The notes beneath the pieces were generated by a model. The model saw only the letters and a list, made by a program, of their open reading frames with translations, searched no databases and was not told the DNA's origin. The position numbers were made by a program, and so were the translations under genes. A stretch of 63,826 nucleotides of DNA, the filler included, from a candidate division TA06 bacterium SM23_40 (GTDB lineage Bacteria; LJUI01; SM1-40), in the NCBI GenBank assembly GCA_001303705.1. It is 5 parts of 5 records of this genome, joined end to end, with 100 filler letters (N's around TTAATTAATTAA, not from the genome) between each part and the next. Parts side by side here need not be neighbours in the genome. Positions count along the whole stretch, not along the records: positions 41,475 to 57,018 come from LJUI01000120.1; 4 more parts are not named here. One strand, written 5' to 3'. Each line of letters opens with the position of its first letter. Position 1 is the stretch's first letter. Positions 41,375 through 50,629 of the stretch are shown here, one piece after another.

Positions 41375-41474
41375 NNNNNNNNNNNNNNNNNNNNNNNNNN
41401 NNNNNNNNNNNNNNNNNNTTAATTAATTAANNNNNNNNNNNNNNNNNNNNNNNNNNNNNNNNNNNNNNNNNNNN
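41375..41474. other. Artificial contig linker
   Basis: N44-TTAATTAATTAA-N44. Confidence 0.98.
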
Positions 41475-41477
41475 CGT

Positions 41478-42278
41478 ATGAGAGAGGTCTGGACACTGTG
41501 GGAAAACACGAGGATGGTCGTCCTCGTCGCGCTCTCCGCCGCGCTGTACGCGGCGCTCTTGATTCCGTTCAAGGTGGTCGTCCCGATCATCCCCGGATTC
41601 ACTGAACTCCGCCCGGGAAACGCCATCCCCATCATCTGCTCGCTGGCATTCGGACCTGCCGCAGCGTGGGGGTCGGCGTTCGGCAACCTGATCGGGGACT
41701 TCTTCGGCACCCTGGGCCCGGGCAGCATCCCCGGCTTCCTCGGGAACTTCCTGTACGGGTACGTCCCGTACAAAGTCTGGGGACGCATGGGTCTTCTCTC
41801 GTCAGGCAAATCGCCCGGTGTCGGCTCCCCGCGGCGCCTTGTCGAATTCCTCCTCGCCGCCCTCCTCGCCAGCATGGTCTGCGGTGTCGTGATCGGATGG
41901 GGACTCGACACCCTCCGGCTCGTACCGTTCGCAGCCCTGGGCAACATCATCTTCCTCAACAATTTCATCGTTAGCGCCATTCTCGGCCCGATCCTTATGG
42001 GGCTCATCTATCCGCGTCTGGAACGATGGGGCATCACCTGGGGGAAGATCCTGGGGCCGAGAGCAGCGACTCCGTCGCGGTTCTCATGGCTGGGTGTTTC
42101 CCTCCTCTGGCTCGGCGCGGTGAGCGGCCTCGTCCTCGGCAACATGATCTCGATGGGCCTGTATGAGACGGGCTTTCTTGCCAGGGGGTTCGGCACCGGC
42201 GCGGTCGGCGAGATGGGCATCGCCGTTGGCCTCCTTCCCTCGATCGTCATTATTCTTCTCGGTGCTGCGCTCCTGTAG
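41478..42278 (+). CDS. ECF transporter substrate-binding S component (QueT-like family; substrate unknown)
   Basis: AALYAALL.PF, TELRP, FGPAAAWG.AFGNLIGD; multiple TM helices; upstream of the ECF ATPase. Confidence 0.82.
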   Translation: MREVWTLWENTRMVVLVALSAALYAALLIPFKVVVPIIPGFTELRPGNAIPIICSLAFGPAAAWGSAFGNLIGDFFGTLGPGSIPGFLGNFLYGYVPYKVWGRMGLLSSGKSPGVGSPRRLVEFLLAALLASMVCGVVIGWGLDTLRLVPFAALGNIIFLNNFIVSAILGPILMGLIYPRLERWGITWGKILGPRAATPSRFSWLGVSLLWLGAVSGLVLGNMISMGLYETGFLARGFGTGAVGEMGIAVGLLPSIVIILLGAALL

Positions 42279-42307
42279 AGCTGATCCTCCTGTGGCTGGT
42301 CCGTGGG

Positions 42308-42404
42308 TTCAGTGGTTCACCCGTGGGTGCAGGAGAGTGGCCCGCCTCTTTCAAGTCAGCCAGCTTCGTCTTCAGTGGTTCACCCGTGGGTGCAGGAGAG
42401 TGGC
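42308..42404 (+). repeat. Two identical 34-bp direct repeats separated by 29 bp
   Basis: TTCAGTGGTTCACCCGTGGGTGCAGGAGAGTGGC at 42308-42341 and 42371-42404. Confidence 0.9.
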
Positions 42405-42465
42405 TCTTCGGGTGTACGAGAGCGCCTCGGCGATCGGGTCTTGAGAAGTGCGGCCCTCCCGGCAT

Positions 42466-42525
42466 GCTATTGTCCTCGCTGCAATTGTCCTCGCTACTGT
42501 TGTGCTCGTTGCTATTGTCCGCGAT
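42466..42525 (+). repeat. Degenerate 4 x 15-bp tandem repeat
   Basis: GCTATTGTCCTCGCT-like units. Confidence 0.75.
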
Positions 42526-42599
42526 AGCGCTAATCGCGGTCGCCACGCCACTGCCGTACGCTTGGCCCCGGAGCTGCACCGCGGGACTTGGAGGCACAT

Positions 42600-44570
42600 G
42601 TGGATGCCGTTGAAGCGCGCGATCTGACGTTTTCCTATGAGGTGTCCGACGGTGCCGAGAGCAGGCCCGCCCTCGACTCCGTAACCTTCACCATCCCTGA
42701 AGGCCAGTACTGTTTCATCATGGGACGGAGCGGGGCCGGCAAATCGACCCTGTGCTTCGCCCTCAATGGCCTTGTCCCCCATTTCCACAAAGGAGAGTAC
42801 AGCGGTTCAGTCACCGTCTTCGGACGGCCGCTCGCCGATCTGCGCGTGGCGGACGCGGCAGAGACAGTCGGCCTCGTCTTCCAGGATTTCGAGGCCCAGC
42901 TCTTCTCCAGCCGTGCCGAGCTCGAAGTCGCATTCGCACCGGAGAACCTCGGGGCCGAGCGAACTGAGATCGAGAAGCGGGTACGACGTGCTCTGGAGCA
43001 GACCGGCCTCACCGGGTTCGAGCGTCGCCATCCCTCGAACCTCTCGGGTGGGGAGAAACAGCGCCTGGCCATCGCATCGGTCCTCTCCGCGGAGCCGCGC
43101 CTTCTAGTGCTCGACGAACCGACAACCGATCTCGATCCCCTCGGGAAACACGAGGTGCTCGCCTCCGTCCGGGCTCAGCGTGAAGAGGGGAGGACGATCG
43201 TCATCGTCGACCACGAGACCGAGGAGGCCGTGGACGCCGATCGCCTCGTCATAATGGCGGAGGGACGAATCGTCTTCGACGGACCTCCCCGAGATGTGCT
43301 CGGCGATCCGGACTTCCTCCGACAACACGGCATCATGCCGCTTCCCGTGACCGAGCTCTGTCGGTCCCTCGGTATCAGAGAGATGCCGCTCACGGTCGAC
43401 GAGTGTGTGGATCTTCTCCGGTCTGAGGGATGGAAGATAGACAGAACCTCGGGCGGGCAGGGTGGGCCGGATGCATCTGAGGATGTCTCTGCCGCCTCGG
43501 AAGGCACTCCTCCTTTCGGCGATGAAGCGGCACGATCCTCCAACGGTGAGGCGGCGCGTCCGGGCGCCAGTGAAGCGGCGCGTCCATCCAGCGAGCAACG
43601 GGCTCGTTCCGCCGACAATGAAGGAGCGCCTCCCACCAACGACGAAGCGACACCTCGTGCCCGCGGCGCGAGCGATGCAGCCTGTGAACGCGGCGCGGCA
43701 GGCGGCCGCGAAATGGCAAGTGGCCCCGACGTAGGGCCACAGACAGACGCTCGAGCTGGCCGTGATGCCGGACCGCTGATCGACGTGCGCTCCGTGGAAT
43801 ACCGGTACGATGGCGGTCAGGAGGCACTGCGCGGCGTCGACCTCGCCATCATGCCCGGGGAGTTCCTCGCACTCGTCGGCCACAATGGATCGGGAAAGAC
43901 CACGCTCGTCCAGCAGTTCAACGGGCTGCTCACGCCGACCCGCGGCCGGGTCGTAGTGAAGGGGCGGCGCACCGAAGAGTGGCGCCGATCAGAGCTCGCT
44001 GCTGTCGTGGGATATGTCTTTCAGAACCCTGACCACCAGCTCTTCGCGTCGACGATCGAGGAAGAGGTGAGCTTCGGCCCGCGCAACTTCGGCATCGATG
44101 AAGCGGAGATCCGCACCAGAGTGGGAGAGGCCCTGGAGGCGGTCGGCCTTTCCGGCAGGGAACAGGAGGATCCGTTTTCCCTCACCAAGGGGGAACGCCA
44201 GCGGGTGGCCGTCGCCTCGGTCCTCGCCTCGCGCCCTGAGGCCCTGATCCTGGATGAGCCGACAACAGGGCTCGATTTCACGGAGACCGAGCGGATGATG
44301 GACATGGTCGCCGGGCTGAACCGGCAGGGCTACACGGTCATCGTCGTCACCCACTCTATGTGGGTCGCGTCGCGCTATGCGAAACGCATGGTGGTGATGG
44401 AGAAGGGATCGATCCTCCTTGACGGACCGACCAGATCCGTCCTCGAGCGGGAGGAGATCTTGCGCGAGGCACGCCTCCGCCGCCCGCAGATTGTCGAGCT
44501 CTCAGCCAGATTGGGCCGGGTGGCCTGCACGGTTGAGGAGCTCAGATCATACTTGAAGAAATCGGTATAA
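42600..44570 (+). CDS. ECF transporter fused double ATPase (EcfA-EcfA') with a long low-complexity linker
   Basis: GRSGAGKST/LSGGEKQR/LDEPT and GHNGSGKTT/FQNPDHQLF/LTKGERQR/LDEPT. Confidence 0.93.
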   Translation: MDAVEARDLTFSYEVSDGAESRPALDSVTFTIPEGQYCFIMGRSGAGKSTLCFALNGLVPHFHKGEYSGSVTVFGRPLADLRVADAAETVGLVFQDFEAQLFSSRAELEVAFAPENLGAERTEIEKRVRRALEQTGLTGFERRHPSNLSGGEKQRLAIASVLSAEPRLLVLDEPTTDLDPLGKHEVLASVRAQREEGRTIVIVDHETEEAVDADRLVIMAEGRIVFDGPPRDVLGDPDFLRQHGIMPLPVTELCRSLGIREMPLTVDECVDLLRSEGWKIDRTSGGQGGPDASEDVSAASEGTPPFGDEAARSSNGEAARPGASEAARPSSEQRARSADNEGAPPTNDEATPRARGASDAACERGAAGGREMASGPDVGPQTDARAGRDAGPLIDVRSVEYRYDGGQEALRGVDLAIMPGEFLALVGHNGSGKTTLVQQFNGLLTPTRGRVVVKGRRTEEWRRSELAAVVGYVFQNPDHQLFASTIEEEVSFGPRNFGIDEAEIRTRVGEALEAVGLSGREQEDPFSLTKGERQRVAVASVLASRPEALILDEPTTGLDFTETERMMDMVAGLNRQGYTVIVVTHSMWVASRYAKRMVVMEKGSILLDGPTRSVLEREEILREARLRRPQIVELSARLGRVACTVEELRSYLKKSV

Positions 44571-44606
44571 CCTTTTATGGTTATGCAACTAAACGAAAAG
44601 GCCAGA

Positions 44607-44620
44607 TGACCGAGATCTCT
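44607..44620 (+). repeat. 14-bp direct repeat, left edge of the hydrogenase block
   Basis: TGACCGAGATCTCT, also at 50822-50835. Confidence 0.6.
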
Positions 44621-44951
44621 CGCGCACACCGGTCAAGGCGCCAGAGCACGACACGCTTGACAGGAAGGCCGTGATGGCCTAGAGTCGAACTCGGATAGGG
44701 GCTCAGGCTCAACGCGACCACATAGGGGCCCAGGCTCAACGCGAGGTGGGAATCGGCCGGCCCCGTCTCTCAGCTACGGGTTTGAAGAGCCACGTCGGCC
44801 TTCGCCCAGGCCTCTGGAAAGGGGAAGAAAAGCCTGTACCGTGATTCCTTTCCCCAGCCAGCGCGGTTCATCATGAAGTGAATGCTGGCTTGGCCGATGC
44901 CCAGCCGTTGTAGGGCAGCGTGTGGACCTTGAACAGTCACTGCATCATTCA

Positions 44952-44970
44952 TGAACCACTCTGTGGTTCA
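44952..44970. promoter_or_regulatory. Palindromic putative operator upstream of the GYD gene
   Basis: TGAACCAC-TCT-GTGGTTCA immediately before the RBS. Confidence 0.45.
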
Positions 44971-44985
44971 CAAGGGAGGTGCACT

Positions 44986-45273
44986 ATGGCAACCTATATC
45001 ATCCTCAGCCAGGTTTCCCCTGCGGCATTCAGGGCCCCCGGGGAATTCAAGGATCTAGCTGAAGAGGTATCCTCCAGGATCAAGACCGAGTGTCCTGGGG
45101 TCACCTGGAAGGACAGCTACGCCACCACCGGTCGGTTCGACGTGGTGGATATCGTGGAAGCTGACGACACCGAGCAGGTGGAAAAGGCCGCCATGATCAT
45201 CAGAGCATATGGTCATGCCACGACCGAAACCTTGCTGGCGACGCCGTGGAAAGAGTTCCTGGCTATGCTGTAG
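44986..45273 (+). CDS. GYD domain protein
   Basis: MATYIIL...YATTGRFDVVDIVEADD...TETL.A; GGGAGGT RBS. Confidence 0.85.
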   Translation: MATYIILSQVSPAAFRAPGEFKDLAEEVSSRIKTECPGVTWKDSYATTGRFDVVDIVEADDTEQVEKAAMIIRAYGHATTETLLATPWKEFLAML

Positions 45274-45393
45274 TCCATTTTTCACAACTGCGTTGACTCT
45301 CTGTTCGTGCCGGGACTTCCACGACCATTCGTTTCGCATAGCGCGAGGCGACCCACATAGAGTGGGTGACTTCGCGCCTAGAGGAGTACCCAT

Positions 45394-46452
45394 ATGGCGA
45401 AGGAAGCATCATTTCTCAGTCGCCTCTGTAAGACGTGTGAGAATGTCACTGTCACCCTGGACTTCGACGAGGCCCTTAGTAGCGTGGTGAAAAATGCTGC
45501 TCAATGCCTGGAGGCCAAGGCCGGTTCGATACGGCTCCTCGATAAAACAGGCACCATTCTGGAGATCGCCGCCACGTTCGGGCTCTCCGAGACATATCTG
45601 CAAAAGGGGCCGGTGAAGATCGCCGAAAATCCGGTGGACCAGATGGCGCTGAAAGGGGAGACCGTTCAGGTCAGGGATGTCACCAAAGATCCCCGGATCC
45701 GATATCCGGAAGAGGCGAAACGAGAGGGCCTCAGATCTGTCCTCTGTGTTCCTCTCCGATGTGTGAGGAGGAACCTGGGGGTGTTGAGAATCTACTCTGG
45801 CGAAGAGCGGGAATTCACTCCACAAGAGATATCCTTCATCCAGGTTCTGGCCACTCAATCGGCCGTGGTCATCAAGAATGCCCTCAGGTACAGGAGGATG
45901 AAGAGCCTGAACTCGATCGGAAGAACCATCGCCTCCCATTTGGACATACAGAGCATCCTCAGTTTGATCAGCGAGAGTGCAACTCATGATATGTCAGGCA
46001 CTGGATCTTCGATCCTTCTCGTGAACAGGGAGACGGGCGAGCTCGAAGTTGTGGCCACCCACGGTCTGAGTGAGCGCTTTGTCCGGGAAGGGCCGGTCGA
46101 TATGGATGAATCGATACGCGAGTGCATGCAGGGAAAGGACGTGATCGTCGAAGATGTCAGCGAAGATCCCCGGCTGGAGCGTGCCGAGGAAGCCCGGAGA
46201 GAGGGAATACACTCCGTCGTGTGCGTCCCCCTCAAGTTGAACGAGGGTGTAATAGGAGGCCTGCTCGTCTACACAGCGTACAGATACGAAATCGACGAAG
46301 AAGACCTGGAATTCCTCCACACTCTGGCGGGCTTCGGAGTGGTGGCCCTGGAAAATGCGCGGCTCTATCGTCATGTCAAGAGAGACTACGACGATCTGGC
46401 CAAAGACGTCTGGAAGTGGTACGACTGGGGAGAGAGGGAACCTCGTATCTGA
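45394..46452 (+). CDS. Tandem GAF-domain protein without an output domain
   Basis: Two GAF repeats (GLSE.Y/F..GP, EG..SV.CVPL, G.L.IY/VY, A...NA.LY). Confidence 0.88.
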   Translation: MAKEASFLSRLCKTCENVTVTLDFDEALSSVVKNAAQCLEAKAGSIRLLDKTGTILEIAATFGLSETYLQKGPVKIAENPVDQMALKGETVQVRDVTKDPRIRYPEEAKREGLRSVLCVPLRCVRRNLGVLRIYSGEEREFTPQEISFIQVLATQSAVVIKNALRYRRMKSLNSIGRTIASHLDIQSILSLISESATHDMSGTGSSILLVNRETGELEVVATHGLSERFVREGPVDMDESIRECMQGKDVIVEDVSEDPRLERAEEARREGIHSVVCVPLKLNEGVIGGLLVYTAYRYEIDEEDLEFLHTLAGFGVVALENARLYRHVKRDYDDLAKDVWKWYDWGEREPRI

Positions 46453-46464
46453 ATCTTCTCATAG

Positions 46465-47544
46465 GTGAGGACATTGAGCACAGGTTACATCCTAGCCAAT
46501 GATGCATTCAGAGACTGGCTGAACATCTTGAGAAACGAGTTCACCGTAATTGGCCCGGTCCTCAAGAAGAGGGGGCCGATTGTTTTTGAGGAGATTCAGG
46601 ATGCAGGCGACCTGCACCTCGATTACTGTTCCACTATGCTGGGCCCGCGCAAGTTCATCTACCCTCCAACCCAGCGTCTTTTCAGGATCGATAACCAGAA
46701 TCATCGGGTGACAACGATCGAACCCGCCGATGCCGGCAACGCGGTCATCTTCGCGGTCCGTCCGTGCGATATGCAGGCTATATCGGTATTGGATCGGACC
46801 TTCCTCGGTGATATCGAGGATTTCTACTACCGGAAACTTCGGGAAGAAACACTGACTGTGGTGCTGAACTGCAACCGGGCCTGCGATGCGGGCTTCTGCG
46901 AGTCCATGGGCGCGGGACCCTTCTTGCGGTTAGAGGATGGGTACGATCTGGAGATGACCTCGATGGGGGAGAACTACCTCATCGAGATCGGCTCGAGACG
47001 GGGAGAAGGTCTGATAGAGAAGGCCGTCCATCGGAAAGAAGCCGCGTCCGGAGATTACGAAACGAAAGATGATCTGCAAAGAAAGGCCATCGCCTCGTTC
47101 ACCAAGCATCTGGAGACAGCGGGGCTGCCTGAGCTCCTGATGAGAAACCTCGACCATCCTGTGTACAGAGAGACCGCTGAGGCGAGGTGCCTCGGGTGCA
47201 CCAACTGCACCATGGTCTGCCCCACCTGTTACTGCTATGACATCGAAGATGATATGTCCTTCGACCTGACCGTCACAGAGAGACGCAGGCACTGGGATTC
47301 GTGCCAGGAGCTTCATTTCGCCCGGGTCCACGGGGGGAACTTCCGTTCGTCGAGAGAGGCGCGTCTCCGGCAATTCGTCACCCACAAGCTGGCAACATGG
47401 GTGGAGCAATACGGATGCTTCGGGTGCGTGGGCTGCGGACGATGCATGACCTGGTGTCCTACCGGCATCGACCTCACCGAGATGGCCAAGAGAATCCAGC
47501 AGGATTTCGAAACAGGCAGAGCCAGATGGTGGGCCTATTCATGA
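46465..47544 (+). CDS. hydB: Group 3b [NiFe]-hydrogenase (sulfhydrogenase) beta subunit, Fe-S
   Basis: RPCD, CLGCTNCTMVCPTCYC, WDSC, CVGCGRCMTWCPTGID. Confidence 0.9.
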   Translation: MRTLSTGYILANDAFRDWLNILRNEFTVIGPVLKKRGPIVFEEIQDAGDLHLDYCSTMLGPRKFIYPPTQRLFRIDNQNHRVTTIEPADAGNAVIFAVRPCDMQAISVLDRTFLGDIEDFYYRKLREETLTVVLNCNRACDAGFCESMGAGPFLRLEDGYDLEMTSMGENYLIEIGSRRGEGLIEKAVHRKEAASGDYETKDDLQRKAIASFTKHLETAGLPELLMRNLDHPVYRETAEARCLGCTNCTMVCPTCYCYDIEDDMSFDLTVTERRRHWDSCQELHFARVHGGNFRSSREARLRQFVTHKLATWVEQYGCFGCVGCGRCMTWCPTGIDLTEMAKRIQQDFETGRARWWAYS

Positions 47545-48365
47545 ATCCCTTGGAACCGAGAAGAGCGCTGGTGCGAGAGAAGATCCAGGAGAACAGGGAG
47601 ACCTATTCTCTGACCCTCTCTTTGGCTGATCACGACCATTTTTCGTATAGGCCGGGACAGTTCAACATGCTGGGTCTTCCGGGAATGGGGGAGGCTCCCT
47701 TCTCCTTTAGCTCGCTTCATCTCGAGAGGGGGCGCTTCACCCACACCATCCGGGAGGCCGGCAGCCTGACTCGATCTATCTGTCAGCTCGCCGCAGGCGA
47801 CATCTTATCCATTCGGGGTCCCTATGGGAATGAGTGGCCGCTGGAGAAGGCGAAGGGCAGGCATCTGATCATCGTAGGCGGCGGCATCGGGATCGCCCCC
47901 CTGCGGCCGGTGATCCGTCATGCTCTAGGCAACGGCGAGGAATACGGGCGGTTGTACTTCCTGCTGGGGGCACGAACGGAAGACGACCTGCTGTTCAGGG
48001 AGGAATTCGAGAAACTGACCGCCGGCCGGGATGGCACCCTGTTGATGACGGTGGATAGAGGAGAAAAGAAGGAGCTGTCACATATCCGGGAGGGGCTGGT
48101 GACGGCTCTGCTCGATGAGATCGATGTCGATCCCGAGGAGAGTATCACCTTCACGTGCGGGCCTGAGTTGATGATGAGATTCGTCGCCCGGCAGCTGATA
48201 CAGATGGGGCAGGACCCGTACGACATCTTCGTCTCTATGGAGAGAAGAATGAAGTGCGGGATCGCCCACTGCGGCCACTGCCAGATAGGAGCGATGTACG
48301 TGTGCAAAGATGGGCCGATCTTCCCATACGGCGATATCAAGAGATTCGCTGACACCATGTTGTAG
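47541..48365 (+). CDS. hydG: Group 3b hydrogenase gamma subunit (FAD/NAD(P)-binding, 2Fe-2S)
   Basis: PGQFNM, GEAPFS, RGPYGN, GGGIGIAPLR, CGPELMM, ERRMKCGIAHCGHC...C.DGP; ATGA overlap. Confidence 0.92.
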   Translation: MNPLEPRRALVREKIQENRETYSLTLSLADHDHFSYRPGQFNMLGLPGMGEAPFSFSSLHLERGRFTHTIREAGSLTRSICQLAAGDILSIRGPYGNEWPLEKAKGRHLIIVGGGIGIAPLRPVIRHALGNGEEYGRLYFLLGARTEDDLLFREEFEKLTAGRDGTLLMTVDRGEKKELSHIREGLVTALLDEIDVDPEESITFTCGPELMMRFVARQLIQMGQDPYDIFVSMERRMKCGIAHCGHCQIGAMYVCKDGPIFPYGDIKRFADTML

Positions 48366-48412
48366 CGGCCCTGACATGCTGCTGTAGCGGCGCTGACACC
48401 CTGTTGCAGGGG
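48347..48412 (+). repeat. 3 x 22-bp degenerate tandem repeat spanning the gamma-subunit stop
   Basis: CGCTGACACCATGTTGTAGCGG-like units at 48347, 48369 and 48391. Confidence 0.75.
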
Positions 48413-48438
48413 ATTGTGGCGGATTGTAGGGAGACGAT

Positions 48439-49206
48439 ATGGGGACCGGGAAGCGCATCGGCATATTCAAATACAGCTCCTGCGCGGGCTGTCAGTTCCA
48501 GCTCTTCTACTTTCAGCACTACGTTCTGGAAACGATTCAGGCGGTGGACATCGTCTACTGCAAGATGCTGCAATCGGGAGGGGAAGAAGATGGTCCTTTC
48601 GATCTGGCCTTGATAGAAGGGGCTATCACCGAGCAGTGGCAGGCGGATCAGCTGAAGAGGATACGGGAGAGGAGCGAACTGCTCGCACCCATCGGCTCCT
48701 GTGCTGTGTGTGGCGGTGTCCCGGCGATAAAGAACACTGCCCACGAGCTGGATGCCCAGAGAAGAGTGTACGAGGACATATCGGTTGTTCACTCTCTCAA
48801 GGCTCATCCCGTAGACCACTATGTCAGAGTCGACGGCTATGTCAGAGGCTGTCCGCCCGGAGTGAGAGACCTGGCAGAACTGGTCAAATCGCTGTTGCTC
48901 AACAAGACTCCCCGATTCCTCGATTACTCTGTCTGTGTGGAATGCAAGCTCGAAGAGGCTATCTGCGTGCTCGTCGCCTACCAGGAGCCGTGCATGGGAC
49001 CGGTCACCAATGCCGGTTGCGGAGCCCTCTGCCCGTCCCGCGGACGGGCCTGTTACGGCTGCTGGGGGCCGATGAAAGACGCCAATGCCAAAGCCCTGGC
49101 GGACCGATTCGAGAGAATGGGCCTCGGCCGTGAAGAGATCTACCGGAGGTTCACGGAGTTTGGAGAGCCCACGGTGGAATGGAAGCCGGGGCAGGTGAAG
49201 CCGTGA
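48439..49206 (+). CDS. hydD: Group 3b hydrogenase small (delta) subunit
   Basis: SCAGC, EGAI, GSCA..GG, GCPP, VCVEC, CMGPVT.AGCGALCP...CYGC.GP. Confidence 0.92.
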   Translation: MGTGKRIGIFKYSSCAGCQFQLFYFQHYVLETIQAVDIVYCKMLQSGGEEDGPFDLALIEGAITEQWQADQLKRIRERSELLAPIGSCAVCGGVPAIKNTAHELDAQRRVYEDISVVHSLKAHPVDHYVRVDGYVRGCPPGVRDLAELVKSLLLNKTPRFLDYSVCVECKLEEAICVLVAYQEPCMGPVTNAGCGALCPSRGRACYGCWGPMKDANAKALADRFERMGLGREEIYRRFTEFGEPTVEWKPGQVKP

Positions 49207-49387
49207 GCGAACCGCAAATGGAAGCCGGGGCAGGTGAAGCCATGAGCGAGCCGCAAATGGAAGCCGGGGCAGGCGAAGCGATGAGTGAACCGCAAATGGA
49301 AGCCGGAACAGGTGNNNNNNNNNNNGGTGAAGCCGTGAGCGAACCGCAAGCGGAAGCCGGGCAGGTGAAGCCGTGAGCGAACCGCAG
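49178..49387 (+). repeat. 39-bp tandem repeat (about five copies, 11-N gap inside) duplicating the delta/alpha gene junction
   Basis: AATGGAAGCCGGGGCAGGTGAAGCCGTGAGCGAACCGCA-type units starting at 49178, 49217, 49256 and 49295. Confidence 0.9.
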
Positions 49388-50629
49388 CACATCGAAGTTG
49401 AGTACCTGGCGAGGGTCGAGGGAGAAGCCGGCTTCCGGATCGTGCTCGATTCCCAGCCTGATATAGAGCTCAGGATCTTCGAGCCCCCTCGGTTCTTCGA
49501 GGGATTTCTCGTGGGGAGGAAATACCACGAAGTCGGAGATATCGTCTCCCGGATATGCGGGATATGCCCCGTCTCCCACATGACCACCGCGATCCAGGCT
49601 ATCGAGAAAGCGATGGGCATTCAGGTGAGCGAGCAGACGGTGCTGTTGAGGAAGATCTTCTCGCTGAGCCAGATCGCCGCCAGCCATCTCATCCATCTGT
49701 ACATGCTGGCCATGCCCGACTACTATGGGTTCCCCGGGGTGGTACAGATGATACCGGGACACAAGCCCCATCTCGACAGACTGATCAGGATGAAAGAGGC
49801 GATGAATGGACTCACCGCTCTCATCGGAGGAAGGGCCCTCCACCCGGTGACCAACGTCCCGGGCGGGTTCACACACATCCCTCGCCCCGAGGATTTCGCG
49901 TCCGTGCTGAAAGAGATCAAGGCTATACGGAAAGATGCTGAGCAGGCGGTGAGGGATATCGCGGCGCTCGAGGTCCCGGATTTTCACTCGGATTCCGTTT
50001 ATGTGGCTCTATACGATGAAACGGAATATGCCACGAACCAGGGACGGATCGTCTCCACCTCCGGTCTGGATATCAGCGTCGATCAGTACCCGGATTTCTT
50101 TGTCGAGTCTCAGGTTCATTACGCCTATGCGAAACAGACGGTGCTGGAAGGCGGAACTCCGATCATGGTGGGTGCTCTCGCAAGACTGAATATCAAGTTC
50201 GACAAACTCCAGCAGAAAACGAGAGACCTGGCTGCGGACGTCGGGTTCGCAGTTCCCGACTGCAACCCGTTCCACAACAATCTGGCCCAGGCTCTGGAAG
50301 TCTTCGATGCAATAGAGCGATGTATCCAGCTGATAGAGTCCCATGCTTTCAGGGACGAAGAGTTCAAGGTGGAAATCAGGGGAGGAGAAGGAGGCTCCGC
50401 CACCGAGGCTCCCCGGGGGCTTCTCTACCACTGGTATTGCATCGATAGGAGGGGAGTGGTGGAGAAGGCCAACTTAGTGACTCCCACCTCCCACAACTTC
50501 CTCAACATAGAGAAGGACCTCAAACAGCTGGTGGCTGAGAATCGCAAGCAGGATCGGGAGGCGATACGGCTCCTCTGCGAAAAAACAGTCAGAGCCTACG
50601 ACCCCTGCTTCTCCTGCTCGGTTCACTGA
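49373..50629 (+). CDS. hydA: Group 3b [NiFe]-hydrogenase large (alpha) subunit
   Basis: RVEGE, PRFFE, L1 RICGICPVSH, EAPRGLL.H, TPT, L2 RAYDPCFSCSVH. Confidence 0.95.
   Translation: MSEPQHIEVEYLARVEGEAGFRIVLDSQPDIELRIFEPPRFFEGFLVGRKYHEVGDIVSRICGICPVSHMTTAIQAIEKAMGIQVSEQTVLLRKIFSLSQIAASHLIHLYMLAMPDYYGFPGVVQMIPGHKPHLDRLIRMKEAMNGLTALIGGRALHPVTNVPGGFTHIPRPEDFASVLKEIKAIRKDAEQAVRDIAALEVPDFHSDSVYVALYDETEYATNQGRIVSTSGLDISVDQYPDFFVESQVHYAYAKQTVLEGGTPIMVGALARLNIKFDKLQQKTRDLAADVGFAVPDCNPFHNNLAQALEVFDAIERCIQLIESHAFRDEEFKVEIRGGEGGSATEAPRGLLYHWYCIDRRGVVEKANLVTPTSHNFLNIEKDLKQLVAENRKQDREAIRLLCEKTVRAYDPCFSCSVH

Noticed and set aside
42308-42404. CRISPR array call
   Set aside because: Only two repeats, no clear internal palindrome, no leader or cas genes.
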